A DNA stretch of 58,145 bases from Casimicrobiaceae bacterium (GTDB lineage Bacteria; Pseudomonadota; Gammaproteobacteria; Burkholderiales; Casimicrobiaceae). The stretch's first letter is position 1. Each line of letters starts with the position of its first letter. Both the position numbers and the translations under genes were made by a program. This document shows positions 1-9,143 of the stretch, piece by piece. The notes under the pieces are model-generated. The model had not been told where the DNA came from. It did not search any database and saw only the letters and a program-made list of their open reading frames with translations. The DNA lies in the NCBI GenBank assembly GCA_035543635.1, contig DATKJP010000235.1, forward strand, positions 1 to 58,145, written 5' to 3'.

Positions 1-1
1 G

Positions 2-370
2 TCCGGTCACCCTGCCGACGCGCAATTGCCGCCTTTGCCCTCCGGCATCGTTGGTCCGGCTCCAAATCAATGGGCGGCGATCACCAACGGCGATTTCACG
101 GCATGGGTGGGGCCATGGGGAACCAGCTTCGCCGCGAACATCACGCCCGACAACGCGACGGGGATCGGTGGCTGGACCGCGGAGCATTTCATCAAGACGA
201 TGCGTACCGGCAAGCATCTCGGGATAGGGAGGCCGCTCCTGCCACCCATGCCCTGGTTCGACATCGCGGTGTTGAACGACGCGGACCTCAAGGCGATCTA
301 CGTCTATCTGAGGTCGATGAAACCGATTCAGAACGCGGTACCGGCGCCGATACCGCCAAAGACGCAGTGA
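2..370 (+). CDS. c-type cytochrome, C-terminal fragment (gene runs off the 5' edge of the window)
   Basis: The frame is open from the window edge. The C-terminal pattern (GWT..F...MRTGK....PLLPPMPW......L.D.DL.AIYVYLRS..P) resembles the last haem domain of di/tri-haem cytochrome c subunits. The CxxCH motif would lie upstream and is not visible. Confidence 0.5.
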   Translation, partial: SGHPADAQLPPLPSGIVGPAPNQWAAITNGDFTAWVGPWGTSFAANITPDNATGIGGWTAEHFIKTMRTGKHLGIGRPLLPPMPWFDIAVLNDADLKAIYVYLRSMKPIQNAVPAPIPPKTQ

Positions 371-415
371 TTCGCGCCCTCTCGGCCTGAACCGCTCGGG
401 CGGATCGACGTTGGT

Positions 416-931
416 ATGGACCTGCTGCAATCCTATCTGCATCAGTCCGGTTTTCTTCCGAGCGTAGCGCTGGTAGTCGCGGCCTACCTTCTACTGCTGA
501 GCCTGCGATACTCCATGTGGCGTGTCGCGCTGCTTGCGCTTCCCGGCACGATCGCGCACGAGCTCATGCATTTGCTCGTCGGCTACGTGCTCGGAGCGAG
601 GCCACATGGATTTTCGGTGTGGCCAAGAGCGCAGGGCCGCGGCTGGCAGCTCGGGTCGGTGTCGTTTCGTAACATCGGGCTGCTCAACGGCGCCTGGGTC
701 GCGCTCGCACCCCTGCTTCTGCTGCCGCTCGCGTGGGTCGGCCTAATGCAGATCCTGCTGCCGCTGTGGAACCAGAGCCGGTGGGGATGGTGGCTTCTCG
801 GCGGCTATCTCACTGCAACCGCGCTCTTCGCCGCGCTGCCGTCGCTGCAGGACATCAGAATAGGCTGGCGTTCGCTGCTGCTCTATGCGGCTCTTGGCGC
901 GCTGCTGTTGGGGACGTATGCGTACCTGTGA
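416..931 (+). CDS. Integral membrane protein with HExxH motif (M50/M50B-like putative metalloprotease)
   Basis: 171-aa ORF with several hydrophobic segments and the motif GTIAHELMHLLVG inside a predicted TM helix. GC3-rich codon usage. Confidence 0.55.
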   Translation: MDLLQSYLHQSGFLPSVALVVAAYLLLLSLRYSMWRVALLALPGTIAHELMHLLVGYVLGARPHGFSVWPRAQGRGWQLGSVSFRNIGLLNGAWVALAPLLLLPLAWVGLMQILLPLWNQSRWGWWLLGGYLTATALFAALPSLQDIRIGWRSLLLYAALGALLLGTYAYL

Positions 932-1348
932 CGCATAAAAAATGCTCCCTACAGGGCTTGTTGGTACTCCCTAATGCACGGTCGCGGTCCGCCGCTGTGC
1001 ACGCGGGCCTAGCACCTCGTTCCCCGATTGACACTTCATCCCACTCGCTACACACTGGCCCGCTCCGCACACCCTCTTCATCTCGCCATAGGGTCGCGCC
1101 TGGGAACGCTCGGGGATCGCAATCGCTCCGAATCGGGCGGTGGTGGACAATTGAGTTTGCAGGTCCGCGTCGACAACCCTACCTACAGTCAGCGATAGTT
1201 GGCCTTCGCTTCTCAGGCGGAGATTTACAAGCACCTGGGAACGCGAACCATAGGGCGCCCAACCCAACGAGGATCGTCGTTCGCACTTCTAGATAATGCG
1301 CGAATGCGGGGCCTGCGAACTTCGGTAGGCGGCCAAACCTACTAAACC

Positions 1349-3292
1349 ATGCCCGAAGCGCATCCTTACAATGTCGACGCCATCGAGCGCTTGGCCGCCG
1401 TTTGCGTGCAGCAAGGCAAGCTAGACGAGGCAGCTAGGTTGCTGCGCGAAGTGCTCGACAAGAAACCTGATTCTCCGCTCTCACATTTCGATCTTGCCAA
1501 TCTCTTGTTTGCGCTCGGTCGGACGGAGGAGGCGAAGGCACACTATGAGGCTGCGATCCTGCTCAAGTCGGATTACGCCGACGCGCACTACAATCTGGGT
1601 GTCGTGTTGGAGGCACTCAGTCAACCCGCCATAGCGATGGTGCATTACGAGCGTGCGCTTGCCCTAAAAGACGACAACGCCAGGGCGCATAGTAATCTCG
1701 GCAACATCTTGCACGCGTTCGGTCGCTTTACAGAAGCAACGACCCACTATGAACGGGCGCTCCTCATCGAACCAGAGTCCGCCGAGATCCTCAGCAATCT
1801 CGGCAGCACGTTGAACGAGCTCGGTCGTCAGCAGGAAGCAAAGGCGCGCCTTGAAGAGGCACTCACCCGAAAGCCCTACTTAGCTGAGGCGCACAGCAAT
1901 CTCGCCCTTGTGCTGCAAACGATCGGCGATCACGAGCAGGCGATTACTCGCTATAAGACAGCGCTCGAGCTAAAGCCCAATTCGCCTGAGGTCCATAACA
2001 ATCTCGGTCAATCTCTCCAAGCGTTAGACCGTTGGGAGGAGGCAATCGCGCAGTTTCAACGCGCGTTAGCCTTGAGGGCGGATTACGTCGAGGCGTATGT
2101 CAACCTCGGCCGAGCGCAGAAAGCGAGCGGCCGAATTGCCGAGGCGTGCCAGTGCTTCGAGACCGCGATCGCGCTCTCTCCCAAGCGCGGGTCTTTATAT
2201 CTCCATCTCGCGGAATGCAAGACCTTCGGCCCAGATGATGGTCCGCATTTGCGTGCGATGGAAAAGCTCTTGAGAGAGGATACTTCGCTATCGCTCGACG
2301 AGCGCGTTCATCTCCATTTCGCGGTCGGAAGTGCCCTCGCCGACCTCGCGCAGCACGACTTGTCCTTCGAGCATTTCCGTGTCGGCAATGCACTGAGGCG
2401 TCAGCAAATCGTTTATGAAGAAGCGAAGGTCATGGCGAGGATCGATCGGATCCCCACCGTGTTCACACCAAAGTTGATGCGCGTCAGAGCGGGGCTTGGG
2501 GACCCTTCTATGGTGCCGGTGTTCATTGTCGGCATGCCTCGTTCCGGCTCAACGCTGGTCGAGCAGATCCTCGCCGGTCATCCCAATGTGTTTGGCGCAG
2601 GCGAACTCACCTACTTCGAAGAGGTAGTACAAAGCGTGCGCCGCGCCGACGGCGCTCCATTCGACTATCCGGAAGGGGTACCTGAACTACCGGACGCGAT
2701 TCTGCGCGGAATCGGCTCGCGCTACCACGAACGCCTTCGCCGGCGCGCGCCAGCTGCACTGCGGATCAGCGACAAGATGCCGTCGAACTGGTTCTTCACC
2801 GGTCTGATTCATTTGGCGCTGCCGAATGCACGCATCATCCACGTGTGCCGTGACGCGGTCGATACGTGCCTTTCTTGTTTTTTCTTGGCACTGTCCGGCC
2901 ATGAGTGGAGCTACGAGCTCGGTGAACTTGGCCGTTATTACCGCGCATATGCGACGACAATGGCGCACTGGCGCGCTGTGCTTCCGCCGGAAGCGATGTT
3001 AGAAGTCCGCTACGAAGACGTGGTCGTGGATCTGGAGGGGCAAGCGCGTCGCATTCTCGATTATTGCGGCTTAGCCTGGAACGAAGCGTGCCTCAACTTT
3101 CACCGCGTGCGACGTCCAGTCAAGACCGCGAGCGCAGCGCAGATCCGCCGTCCCCTCTATCAAAGCTCGGTCGGGCGCTGGCGTGTTCATGCTGAAAGGT
3201 TGCTGCCACTGCTCGATGCACTCGGCCCGGACTTGCGGCTCAATAGGACGGTAAACGAGTCTCCGGCGAACTCCAAGCCTGCTCACCAGTGA
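1349..3292 (+). CDS. TPR-repeat protein fused to a sulfotransferase domain
   Basis: The N-terminal ~300 aa are tandem 34-aa TPR units (repeated A..Y..AL.L.P..A.AH.NLG pattern). The C-terminal domain has the PAPS-binding 5'-PSB-like motif GMPRSGSTLVEQIL and a later RISDKMP..W segment typical of this sulfotransferase family. Confidence 0.85.
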   Translation: MPEAHPYNVDAIERLAAVCVQQGKLDEAARLLREVLDKKPDSPLSHFDLANLLFALGRTEEAKAHYEAAILLKSDYADAHYNLGVVLEALSQPAIAMVHYERALALKDDNARAHSNLGNILHAFGRFTEATTHYERALLIEPESAEILSNLGSTLNELGRQQEAKARLEEALTRKPYLAEAHSNLALVLQTIGDHEQAITRYKTALELKPNSPEVHNNLGQSLQALDRWEEAIAQFQRALALRADYVEAYVNLGRAQKASGRIAEACQCFETAIALSPKRGSLYLHLAECKTFGPDDGPHLRAMEKLLREDTSLSLDERVHLHFAVGSALADLAQHDLSFEHFRVGNALRRQQIVYEEAKVMARIDRIPTVFTPKLMRVRAGLGDPSMVPVFIVGMPRSGSTLVEQILAGHPNVFGAGELTYFEEVVQSVRRADGAPFDYPEGVPELPDAILRGIGSRYHERLRRRAPAALRISDKMPSNWFFTGLIHLALPNARIIHVCRDAVDTCLSCFFLALSGHEWSYELGELGRYYRAYATTMAHWRAVLPPEAMLEVRYEDVVVDLEGQARRILDYCGLAWNEACLNFHRVRRPVKTASAAQIRRPLYQSSVGRWRVHAERLLPLLDALGPDLRLNRTVNESPANSKPAHQ

Positions 3293-3538
3293 GCTGAGCC
3301 CTTTAATTCTCCCCAGCGATAGCTTCACACTTGCCGATCGTTGGTCTGGCTGATTGGTTGTTACGGTCTCGAATGCGCCACCGGTCGGGTTGAAGCGTCC
3401 GCGCAGCTGTAACGTAGCGCCAAAGGCTCCGCGAACGACGTTTAGCCGCTGCGTCCTTTTGGCTTGGAGCTCAACGGGCCGCGTTCGAGAAGGCAACTAG
3501 GTCCGCTTTGGTCGGAAACGACTTTACCCGCGAGTCAG

Positions 3539-4714
3539 CTAGCGCTTGCGCTCCGGCCGCTCTTCATTGCGCACTTTGTAATCCGTCGGTACCCTGAATA
3601 GATCAGCCGATGGTTCGCCGCGCTTGATGTTGGTCAGGCGATACACGGTCTCGCCGCTGCGTGGATCGAGGTTGCGGGTCATGACGACGACGTTGAGATC
3701 CGGCGAAAACCACTGCTCGGAGACGATGGCGATGGGCTTTTCGTTGCCGATCGCTCCGGCGGGGATCGTGCGCGTCGTGCGCTTGCCATCGGCGCGCACG
3801 CCGTCGAAGTCGCGCGTGCCCAGCAGCTCCGTCGACCCCTTGTCCCTGGACACGTAGGGCAGCACCAGCGGATGGCCGCCCATTGTGAGGGGTGGCATCG
3901 GTGGCATCGGCGGCATCGGGCGATCTGGTTTACGCGCCTCTTCGTCGCCGGCGATGCGGATGACCTCGACCTGGAGGTCGGTTTCGTCGGCGCCGTTCTT
4001 GCCGCCGCGCACGACGACGCGTCCTGGCTGCACGGACACGGCAGACGAGTCTGGCTGCGTTGGTGGCGTGGAGGCAGCCGGAGGCGCGGGCGGCGCAGGT
4101 GGAGTTGGAGGCGCGGGCGGTGCGGGCGGTCCATGCTTGTGCGAAACGCGCGGCAGGATCAGCGCGGTTTTGCTCACGGGCCGAAGCACGTAGCTCCGCT
4201 GCTCGATCGGGTCGGAGATGTAGACGACCCCGTGATCGCGCTTCGTCTCCTGCCGCGTGCGGCCCGCGGAATCGCGGGCGAGCAGCGTCGTAGATTTATG
4301 CACGATGCGGTTGCCGTCCATAAGCACGCGTGTCGACTCGGTCACCGCCTCGGCGGTATACGGGGCGTTCTTGACGACCTCGCGTGGCCCGCCTATCTCG
4401 TTGGTGAGAAATTCCATCGACGCCGTGTCGGCCTCGATCTCTGCGATGGCGGCTTCCGCCTGGCGCATGGCTTCTTCCTGCACGACCTGCGCGCGCTCCA
4501 TGGCACCTTGCGCTGCCTCGCTCGCCTTCTGTGCGGCCTCGTTCGCCTGCTGCGAGATACGCTGTGCGTCGATGCCGCTCGTCGACGGGTTGCCCTGCGC
4601 GGCGGAGTGGGAAGCGGCGAAGCCGAGGCTCAGCGCGAGCAATATTCCCGCAGCAGGCGAGGCGGTGCAGCGATAGTGTTCCATGAACGCTCCGGATATT
4701 GAAGTTGGGTTCAT
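3539..4714 (-). CDS. Secreted proline-rich protein of unknown function, third gene of the ECF sigma operon
   Basis: It has a signal-peptide-like N-terminus (AAGILLALSLGFAASHSAAQ), an Ala/Glu/Gln-rich helical segment, and PPAPPAPPTPPAPPAPP and PMPPMPPMPP tracts. Its ATG overlaps the anti-sigma stop (ATGA at 4711-4714). Confidence 0.7.
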   Translation of the reverse strand: MNPTSISGAFMEHYRCTASPAAGILLALSLGFAASHSAAQGNPSTSGIDAQRISQQANEAAQKASEAAQGAMERAQVVQEEAMRQAEAAIAEIEADTASMEFLTNEIGGPREVVKNAPYTAEAVTESTRVLMDGNRIVHKSTTLLARDSAGRTRQETKRDHGVVYISDPIEQRSYVLRPVSKTALILPRVSHKHGPPAPPAPPTPPAPPAPPAASTPPTQPDSSAVSVQPGRVVVRGGKNGADETDLQVEVIRIAGDEEARKPDRPMPPMPPMPPLTMGGHPLVLPYVSRDKGSTELLGTRDFDGVRADGKRTTRTIPAGAIGNEKPIAIVSEQWFSPDLNVVVMTRNLDPRSGETVYRLTNIKRGEPSADLFRVPTDYKVRNEERPERKR

Positions 4715-5196
4715 TGCAGGAATCGCACCGCGAGCACGGTGCCGTCGGCGCGCACCAGCAGCTCGCTTGCAATTGGCTCGGCAGCGCGTGCGGGACTCAC
4801 TGGCAACCCGAGCTCAGCCAGCATCGTGCGCGACACCGGTGCGGACACGACGAATGCTCCACGTGTCTGCGCGATGTCGGCGACAGGCATGAGCGGGATG
4901 AACTGCGTGGCGGCGGGGGCTGGAACCGCCGCGGGGATCTCGGATGGTGCGCCGTCGCGCGTTGTGCGCAGCGTCCAGGCGATGATGCCGATCGCGGCGG
5001 CGAGCGCAAGCGGCCAGGCGAGCCACGACTCGCGCGCGAGCCTTCGCATCCCCTGCGCACCGTGCAATTTGCCCTGCCGCGCGGCCTCGATCGCTGCGTC
5101 GAGGCGGCGCCCGACGTGCGCCGGCGCGTCGAGCTGGGCGAGCTCCTGCTTGAGCGCCGTGAGGCGCCGGCCGAGGGCATTGTCGTCCATGATCAT
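4711..5196 (-). CDS. Putative anti-sigma factor (single-pass membrane protein)
   Basis: It lies 24 nt downstream of the ECF sigma gene. The protein has a short cytoplasmic N-terminus, one TM helix (WLAWPLALAAAIGIIAW) and a periplasmic C-terminal domain. The call rests on context and topology, not on a recognised motif. Confidence 0.6.
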   Translation of the reverse strand: MIMDDNALGRRLTALKQELAQLDAPAHVGRRLDAAIEAARQGKLHGAQGMRRLARESWLAWPLALAAAIGIIAWTLRTTRDGAPSEIPAAVPAPAATQFIPLMPVADIAQTRGAFVVSAPVSRTMLAELGLPVSPARAAEPIASELLVRADGTVLAVRFLQ

Positions 5197-5220
5197 CGCT
5201 GCCCTACAGCGGAAAGGTTT

Positions 5221-5790
5221 TCAGACTCGCCGCCAAGCATCTCTGTCAGCAGCGCGCGCGCGCGACAATCGCGAGCGGATCGTGCCTAGCGCGCAGCCGC
5301 ATTGCACCGCGGCCTCGGCATAAGAACATTCCTGCAACTCGATCAGGATCAGCGCTTCGCGATACGGCGGCGGCAGGCGCGTAATCGCGCCGCGCAGCCG
5401 CTCGAGCTCGCGATCGCGCAGCAGTCGCTCGAGCGGCGCTTCGGTTTCCGCCGCGGCGGGAGGCTCGGCCGCGTCGTCGTCCGGAAGAGCGTCGTAAGAC
5501 GGCAGCGCGTGCACGCGACGCACGAAGTTGCGCGCGATGCCGCAGAGATACGCGGAAAGGCCACCGCGAGCGGGATCGAAGTCGACGGCGTGAGTGAGAA
5601 GGTGCACGAACACGTCCTGAGTGACGTCGGCGGCGGTCGCCGGCGAACCGGACCAAAGGAGCGCGAAGCGATACACCGGCCTGCCATGGCGCTGATAGAG
5701 CGGCCGCAGCGCGGCGGGATCGCCACCGCCGAGGCGCCGCAGCAGATCGGCGTCGCTCGCGTCCTCAGCGGCGGGGGCGTTGGGCGGCAT
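5221..5790 (-). CDS. ECF-type RNA polymerase sigma-70 family factor
   Basis: Region 2 (RPVYRFALLWSGSPATAADVTQDVFVHL) and region 4 (YREALILIELQECSYAEAAVQCGCALGTIRSRLSRAR) signatures are present. 189 aa. Confidence 0.9.
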   Translation of the reverse strand: MPPNAPAAEDASDADLLRRLGGGDPAALRPLYQRHGRPVYRFALLWSGSPATAADVTQDVFVHLLTHAVDFDPARGGLSAYLCGIARNFVRRVHALPSYDALPDDDAAEPPAAAETEAPLERLLRDRELERLRGAITRLPPPYREALILIELQECSYAEAAVQCGCALGTIRSRLSRARAADRDAWRRV

Positions 5791-5975
5791 CGCGCTTTCG
5801 TCCTAGTGACTATTCGGTTCCGGAGGGCAAAAAGTTCCCGCTAGGCGCGACTTGGCACCGCTGGTTACTCACTCTTCACGGTTGTCGGGGCGATCGTCAA
5901 CGGCTCCGTCCTGCGCGGCGGCGTAGCCTGGCGATCATCCGCTTTCGGGAAGGCTGAATGTCCTACGATGAAGGT

Positions 5976-6005
5976 TCAAAGAATACGGCCCCGCTCGGAG
6001 GCCGT
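5976..6005 (-). terminator. Intrinsic terminator downstream of ssrA
   Basis: On the minus strand, the stem ACGGCC/GGCCGT (5985-5990 paired with 6000-6005) is followed by ATTCTTTG, 12 nt after the tmRNA CCA end. Confidence 0.5.
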
Positions 6006-6017
6006 CATTCCTGATTT

Positions 6018-6394
6018 TGGTGGAGGCGGCGGGAATCGAACCCGCGTCCGGAAACACTACACAGTCGGGACTACATGCTTAGTCTTGTCATTTGCTCTCG
6101 CCCCGCTGCCGCCGACGGACAGGCTGCCGCAGGACCAGTCACCTTGCTTTAGCGTGTCGCCCAAGTGACCCGGGCGCACGCGATCGCTCTAAATGTCCTC
6201 GCTGTGACTACACCGTTACCGGCTTCATCACCCGAGCTGAGCGCCGCCCGGTGCGAGGTCCGGCGGGGTTAAGCCGCCAGAGCGTAAGTTTCGTCGTTCG
6301 CAGTTAAGTTTGCGATTGCAGAGGATTCACAAGGTTCTGCACCTTGGCATGCCCCGCGCTGCTTCGCAGTCCCCGTCGAAACCAGGTCGCCCCC
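6018..6394 (-). ncRNA. ssrA: tmRNA (SsrA)
   Basis: Read on the minus strand, the 5' end is GGGGGCGACCTGGTTTCGACGGGG. The 3' end is GGGTTCGATTCCCGCCGCCTCCACCA (tRNA-Ala-like acceptor/T-arm). An internal tag frame, GCG AAC GAC GAA ACT TAC GCT CTG GCG GCT TAA at 6301..6269, encodes ANDETYALAA. Confidence 0.92.
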
Positions 6395-6650
6395 GGTAAC
6401 CGGTCCTGCGGCGAGCTGACAAGATCTCGCTCGCGCGCTGGAGTGACAATGATACCACCGCGGTGATGAGCTTCTTCGACCGCCGCTGAGACGAATATTG
6501 GGTCGCTCGTCCGTTCCGCAAGGCAGATGCGGGACCAGTTCGCCGCCCTGACGCGCGGCAACGGTACGAGTGGCCGACTAATCAGCGATACAGAACGCGG
6601 TCCGTACGTTACAATGCGACCTCGTTTCTGCAGGACAACAGTCTAGGCCG

Positions 6651-8099
6651 ATGGCGCTCGTCCCGATCATTCTCTCCGGCGGCGCCGGCACGCGTCTCTG
6701 GCCGCTATCGCGCGAGGCGGCCCCCAAGCCGTTCATGTCATTGCCCGGTGACGGCACGCCGGGCGCGAGCCTGCTTGCGCGCACCTTTGCGCGCGCCGCA
6801 GCCTTGCCCGAAGTCGCGGCGCTGGCCACGATCACTAATCGCGATTTCTATTTCGACACCAAGGATGCTTATGCGGGCTGCGGCGTCGCAGCGCCGCCGC
6901 GCATGAGCTACCTCCTCGAACCTTTCGGCCGCAACACCGCCGCCGCGGTTGCGCTTGCCGCGCTCTACGTAGAAGCGACGTTCGGCAAGAACGAGACCTT
7001 GCTCGTACTGCCGGCTGATCATCTGATTCGCGACACGGCGGGCTTTGGCGCCTCGGTCGAGCGCGCCCTCGTGCTCGCTCGCGACGGCTGGCTCGTGACA
7101 TTCGGCATTCCGCCGACTTCGCCGGACACCGGCTACGGCTACCTCGAGCTGGGCGACGCGCTCACGTCGAGTGATACGTTTCGCGTGCGCCGCTTCGTGG
7201 AGAAGCCTCCGCTAGCCGATGCGCAGCGTTATGTCGCTAGCGGCTATCTGTGGAACGCCGGCATGTTCTGCTTCACCGCAGGGCGCGTTCTCGACGCCTT
7301 CGCGCGCCACGCCCCCACCGTGCTTGCGGCCGCGGATCGCGTCTGGGGACGGCTGCGCGACAGCCACGACACGGCCTTTCTGGAAATCGATCCGGTGCTT
7401 TTCGAGGCGGTGCCGGAGATCTCATTCGATTTCGCGGTCATGGAGAAGACCGCCGACGCGGCGACCGTCCGCGGCGCGTTCGACTGGAGCGACATCGGCT
7501 CGTGGCGAGCCATCGCGGAGCTGGCAACGCCCGACTCGAACGGAAACCGCGGACAGGGTCAGCGCGTCGCGGTCGATACGCACGACACCTATGTGTACGC
7601 ACAGGATCGCGTCGTCGCCACGGTTGGCGTCGAGGGGCTGGTGATCGTCGATACGCCGGACGCGACGCTCGTCGCCTCTCGCAACGAGCTGCAGCGCGTG
7701 CGTGAAGTCGTCGCGGAGCTGAAGGCGCGCGGCCATGACGCCTACCGCCTGCACAAGACCGTGGCGCGTCCATGGGGTGCATATACCGTCCTGCAGGAAG
7801 GGCCGGGATTCAAGATCAAGCGCATCGAAGTCAAGCCGCACGCCTCGCTGTCACTCCAGATGCACCGACGCCGCAGCGAGCATTGGGTTGTCGTCAGCGG
7901 AGAGGCCAGGGTTACCAACGGCGAGAGTAGCTACGCGCTGGCCGCCAACGAGTCGACTTTCATTCCGAGTGGAACACAGCATCGGCTCGCCAACGCTCAC
8001 AACGAGCCTCTGGTGGTGATCGAGGTTCAATGTGGCGACTATGTCGGCGAGGACGACATCGTGCGCTTCGAGGATCAATACGGGCGCGTGAAGGTCTGA
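6651..8099 (+). CDS. manC: Mannose-1-phosphate guanylyltransferase / mannose-6-phosphate isomerase (bifunctional type II PMI-GMP)
   Basis: N-terminal nucleotidyltransferase motif PIILSGGAGTRLWPLSR and C-terminal cupin domain (SLQMHRRRSEHWVVVSG...G..HRL.N) are both present. 482 aa, typical length. Confidence 0.9.
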   Translation: MALVPIILSGGAGTRLWPLSREAAPKPFMSLPGDGTPGASLLARTFARAAALPEVAALATITNRDFYFDTKDAYAGCGVAAPPRMSYLLEPFGRNTAAAVALAALYVEATFGKNETLLVLPADHLIRDTAGFGASVERALVLARDGWLVTFGIPPTSPDTGYGYLELGDALTSSDTFRVRRFVEKPPLADAQRYVASGYLWNAGMFCFTAGRVLDAFARHAPTVLAAADRVWGRLRDSHDTAFLEIDPVLFEAVPEISFDFAVMEKTADAATVRGAFDWSDIGSWRAIAELATPDSNGNRGQGQRVAVDTHDTYVYAQDRVVATVGVEGLVIVDTPDATLVASRNELQRVREVVAELKARGHDAYRLHKTVARPWGAYTVLQEGPGFKIKRIEVKPHASLSLQMHRRRSEHWVVVSGEARVTNGESSYALAANESTFIPSGTQHRLANAHNEPLVVIEVQCGDYVGEDDIVRFEDQYGRVKV

Positions 8100-8117
8100 T
8101 CGGCGGTTCGCCGGCTG

Positions 8118-9044
8118 CTACTCCGGCGCGGCTGGCACGGCCGGCGCGGCAGCGCGACTGGTAACGTAAATTCCGGCAAGGATCAGCGCGATGCCCGCCA
8201 AGTGGTAAAGGCGCAGCTTCTCATCGAGAAAGAACCACGCGAGCACGGTGCCGAACACCGGCATCAGATGCACGAAGAGTCCCGCGACGCTGGCGCCTAC
8301 CTGCTCGACGCCTCGATTCCAGACGATGTAGGCGAGAAAAGAGGAAAAGAGCCCGATCGCGGCCAGCGCGGCGAGTGCCTGCGCGCTCCATTGCGGCGTA
8401 CGGATGAACGCCGACTCGCCGAGATAGAACGGCAGCACCGCGAGATCCCCCACGCAGGCGATCACGAAGAGAAACGCGAGCATGTGCAGCCCTGGTGGCC
8501 GCCAGCGCAGGCAAATCGTGTACAGCGACCACAGCAGCATCGAGAACATCACCACCACGTCGCCAGGATTGAGCCGGAATGACGCCAAACGCTCGACACT
8601 GCCTTGCGACAAGATGGTGAGTACCCCTGCCAGCGAGACGGCGACGCCTGCGAGCTGAAGGTTCGACAGCCGCTGGCGCAGGAACAGCCACGACAGCGCA
8701 ATGATCATCACCGGGATGAACGAGTTCAGTATCACGCCGTTGGTCGCGGTCGTGTAGTTGAGGGCGATGTAGGCGAGCGCGTTGTGGGAGCCGACCCCGA
8801 GCACGCCCAGCAGCGCGAGCACACGAGCGTTGGCGCGGATGAGCGGCCACTGCCGGCGCACGTGCGGGAGCGCGAACGGCAGCATGAACGCGAGCGCAAA
8901 GCTCCAGCGGTAGAAGGTCATCGCGAACGGCGGAACGTCGGCGTGCAATCCGCGGCCGATGATCCAGTTGCAAGCCCAGAAGAAGGGAGCCGCCGCCAGC
9001 AGGAGGTAGGCCGACGCGGATGGCGGTGTCGCTCTCGTGGGCAC
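8118..9044 (-). CDS. DMT-superfamily (EamA-like) transporter
   Basis: 308 aa with about 10 hydrophobic helices arranged as two EamA-like halves. Confidence 0.8.
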   Translation of the reverse strand: MPTRATPPSASAYLLLAAAPFFWACNWIIGRGLHADVPPFAMTFYRWSFALAFMLPFALPHVRRQWPLIRANARVLALLGVLGVGSHNALAYIALNYTTATNGVILNSFIPVMIIALSWLFLRQRLSNLQLAGVAVSLAGVLTILSQGSVERLASFRLNPGDVVVMFSMLLWSLYTICLRWRPPGLHMLAFLFVIACVGDLAVLPFYLGESAFIRTPQWSAQALAALAAIGLFSSFLAYIVWNRGVEQVGASVAGLFVHLMPVFGTVLAWFFLDEKLRLYHLAGIALILAGIYVTSRAAAPAVPAAPE

Positions 9045-9143
9045 GAAGCATTATCGCCGAGGATCCGCGCGCACGAAACCGGGATGACTCGATCGGTTCC
9101 GTATAATTGCATTCTGCGCTGAGGTTTCGCGCGCTCGATTTGC

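Noticed and set aside
932-1348. 417-nt gap with somewhat lower GC upstream of the TPR-sulfotransferase gene. Scanned for an RNA gene, a repeat, or an ssrA 3'-end duplicate (TGGTGGA at ~1141).
   Set aside because: Only a 7-nt chance match to the tmRNA end was found. There is no tRNA-like or structured element and no convincing promoter. The track ORFs here (733..1296 +, 971..1267 -) look non-coding.
3071-3496. 141-aa minus-strand ORF spanning the 3' end of the sulfotransferase gene and the 246-nt convergent spacer. Considered as a gene or pseudogene fragment.
   Set aside because: No motif is recognised and there is no SD. Half of it overlaps the sulfotransferase coding region antisense.
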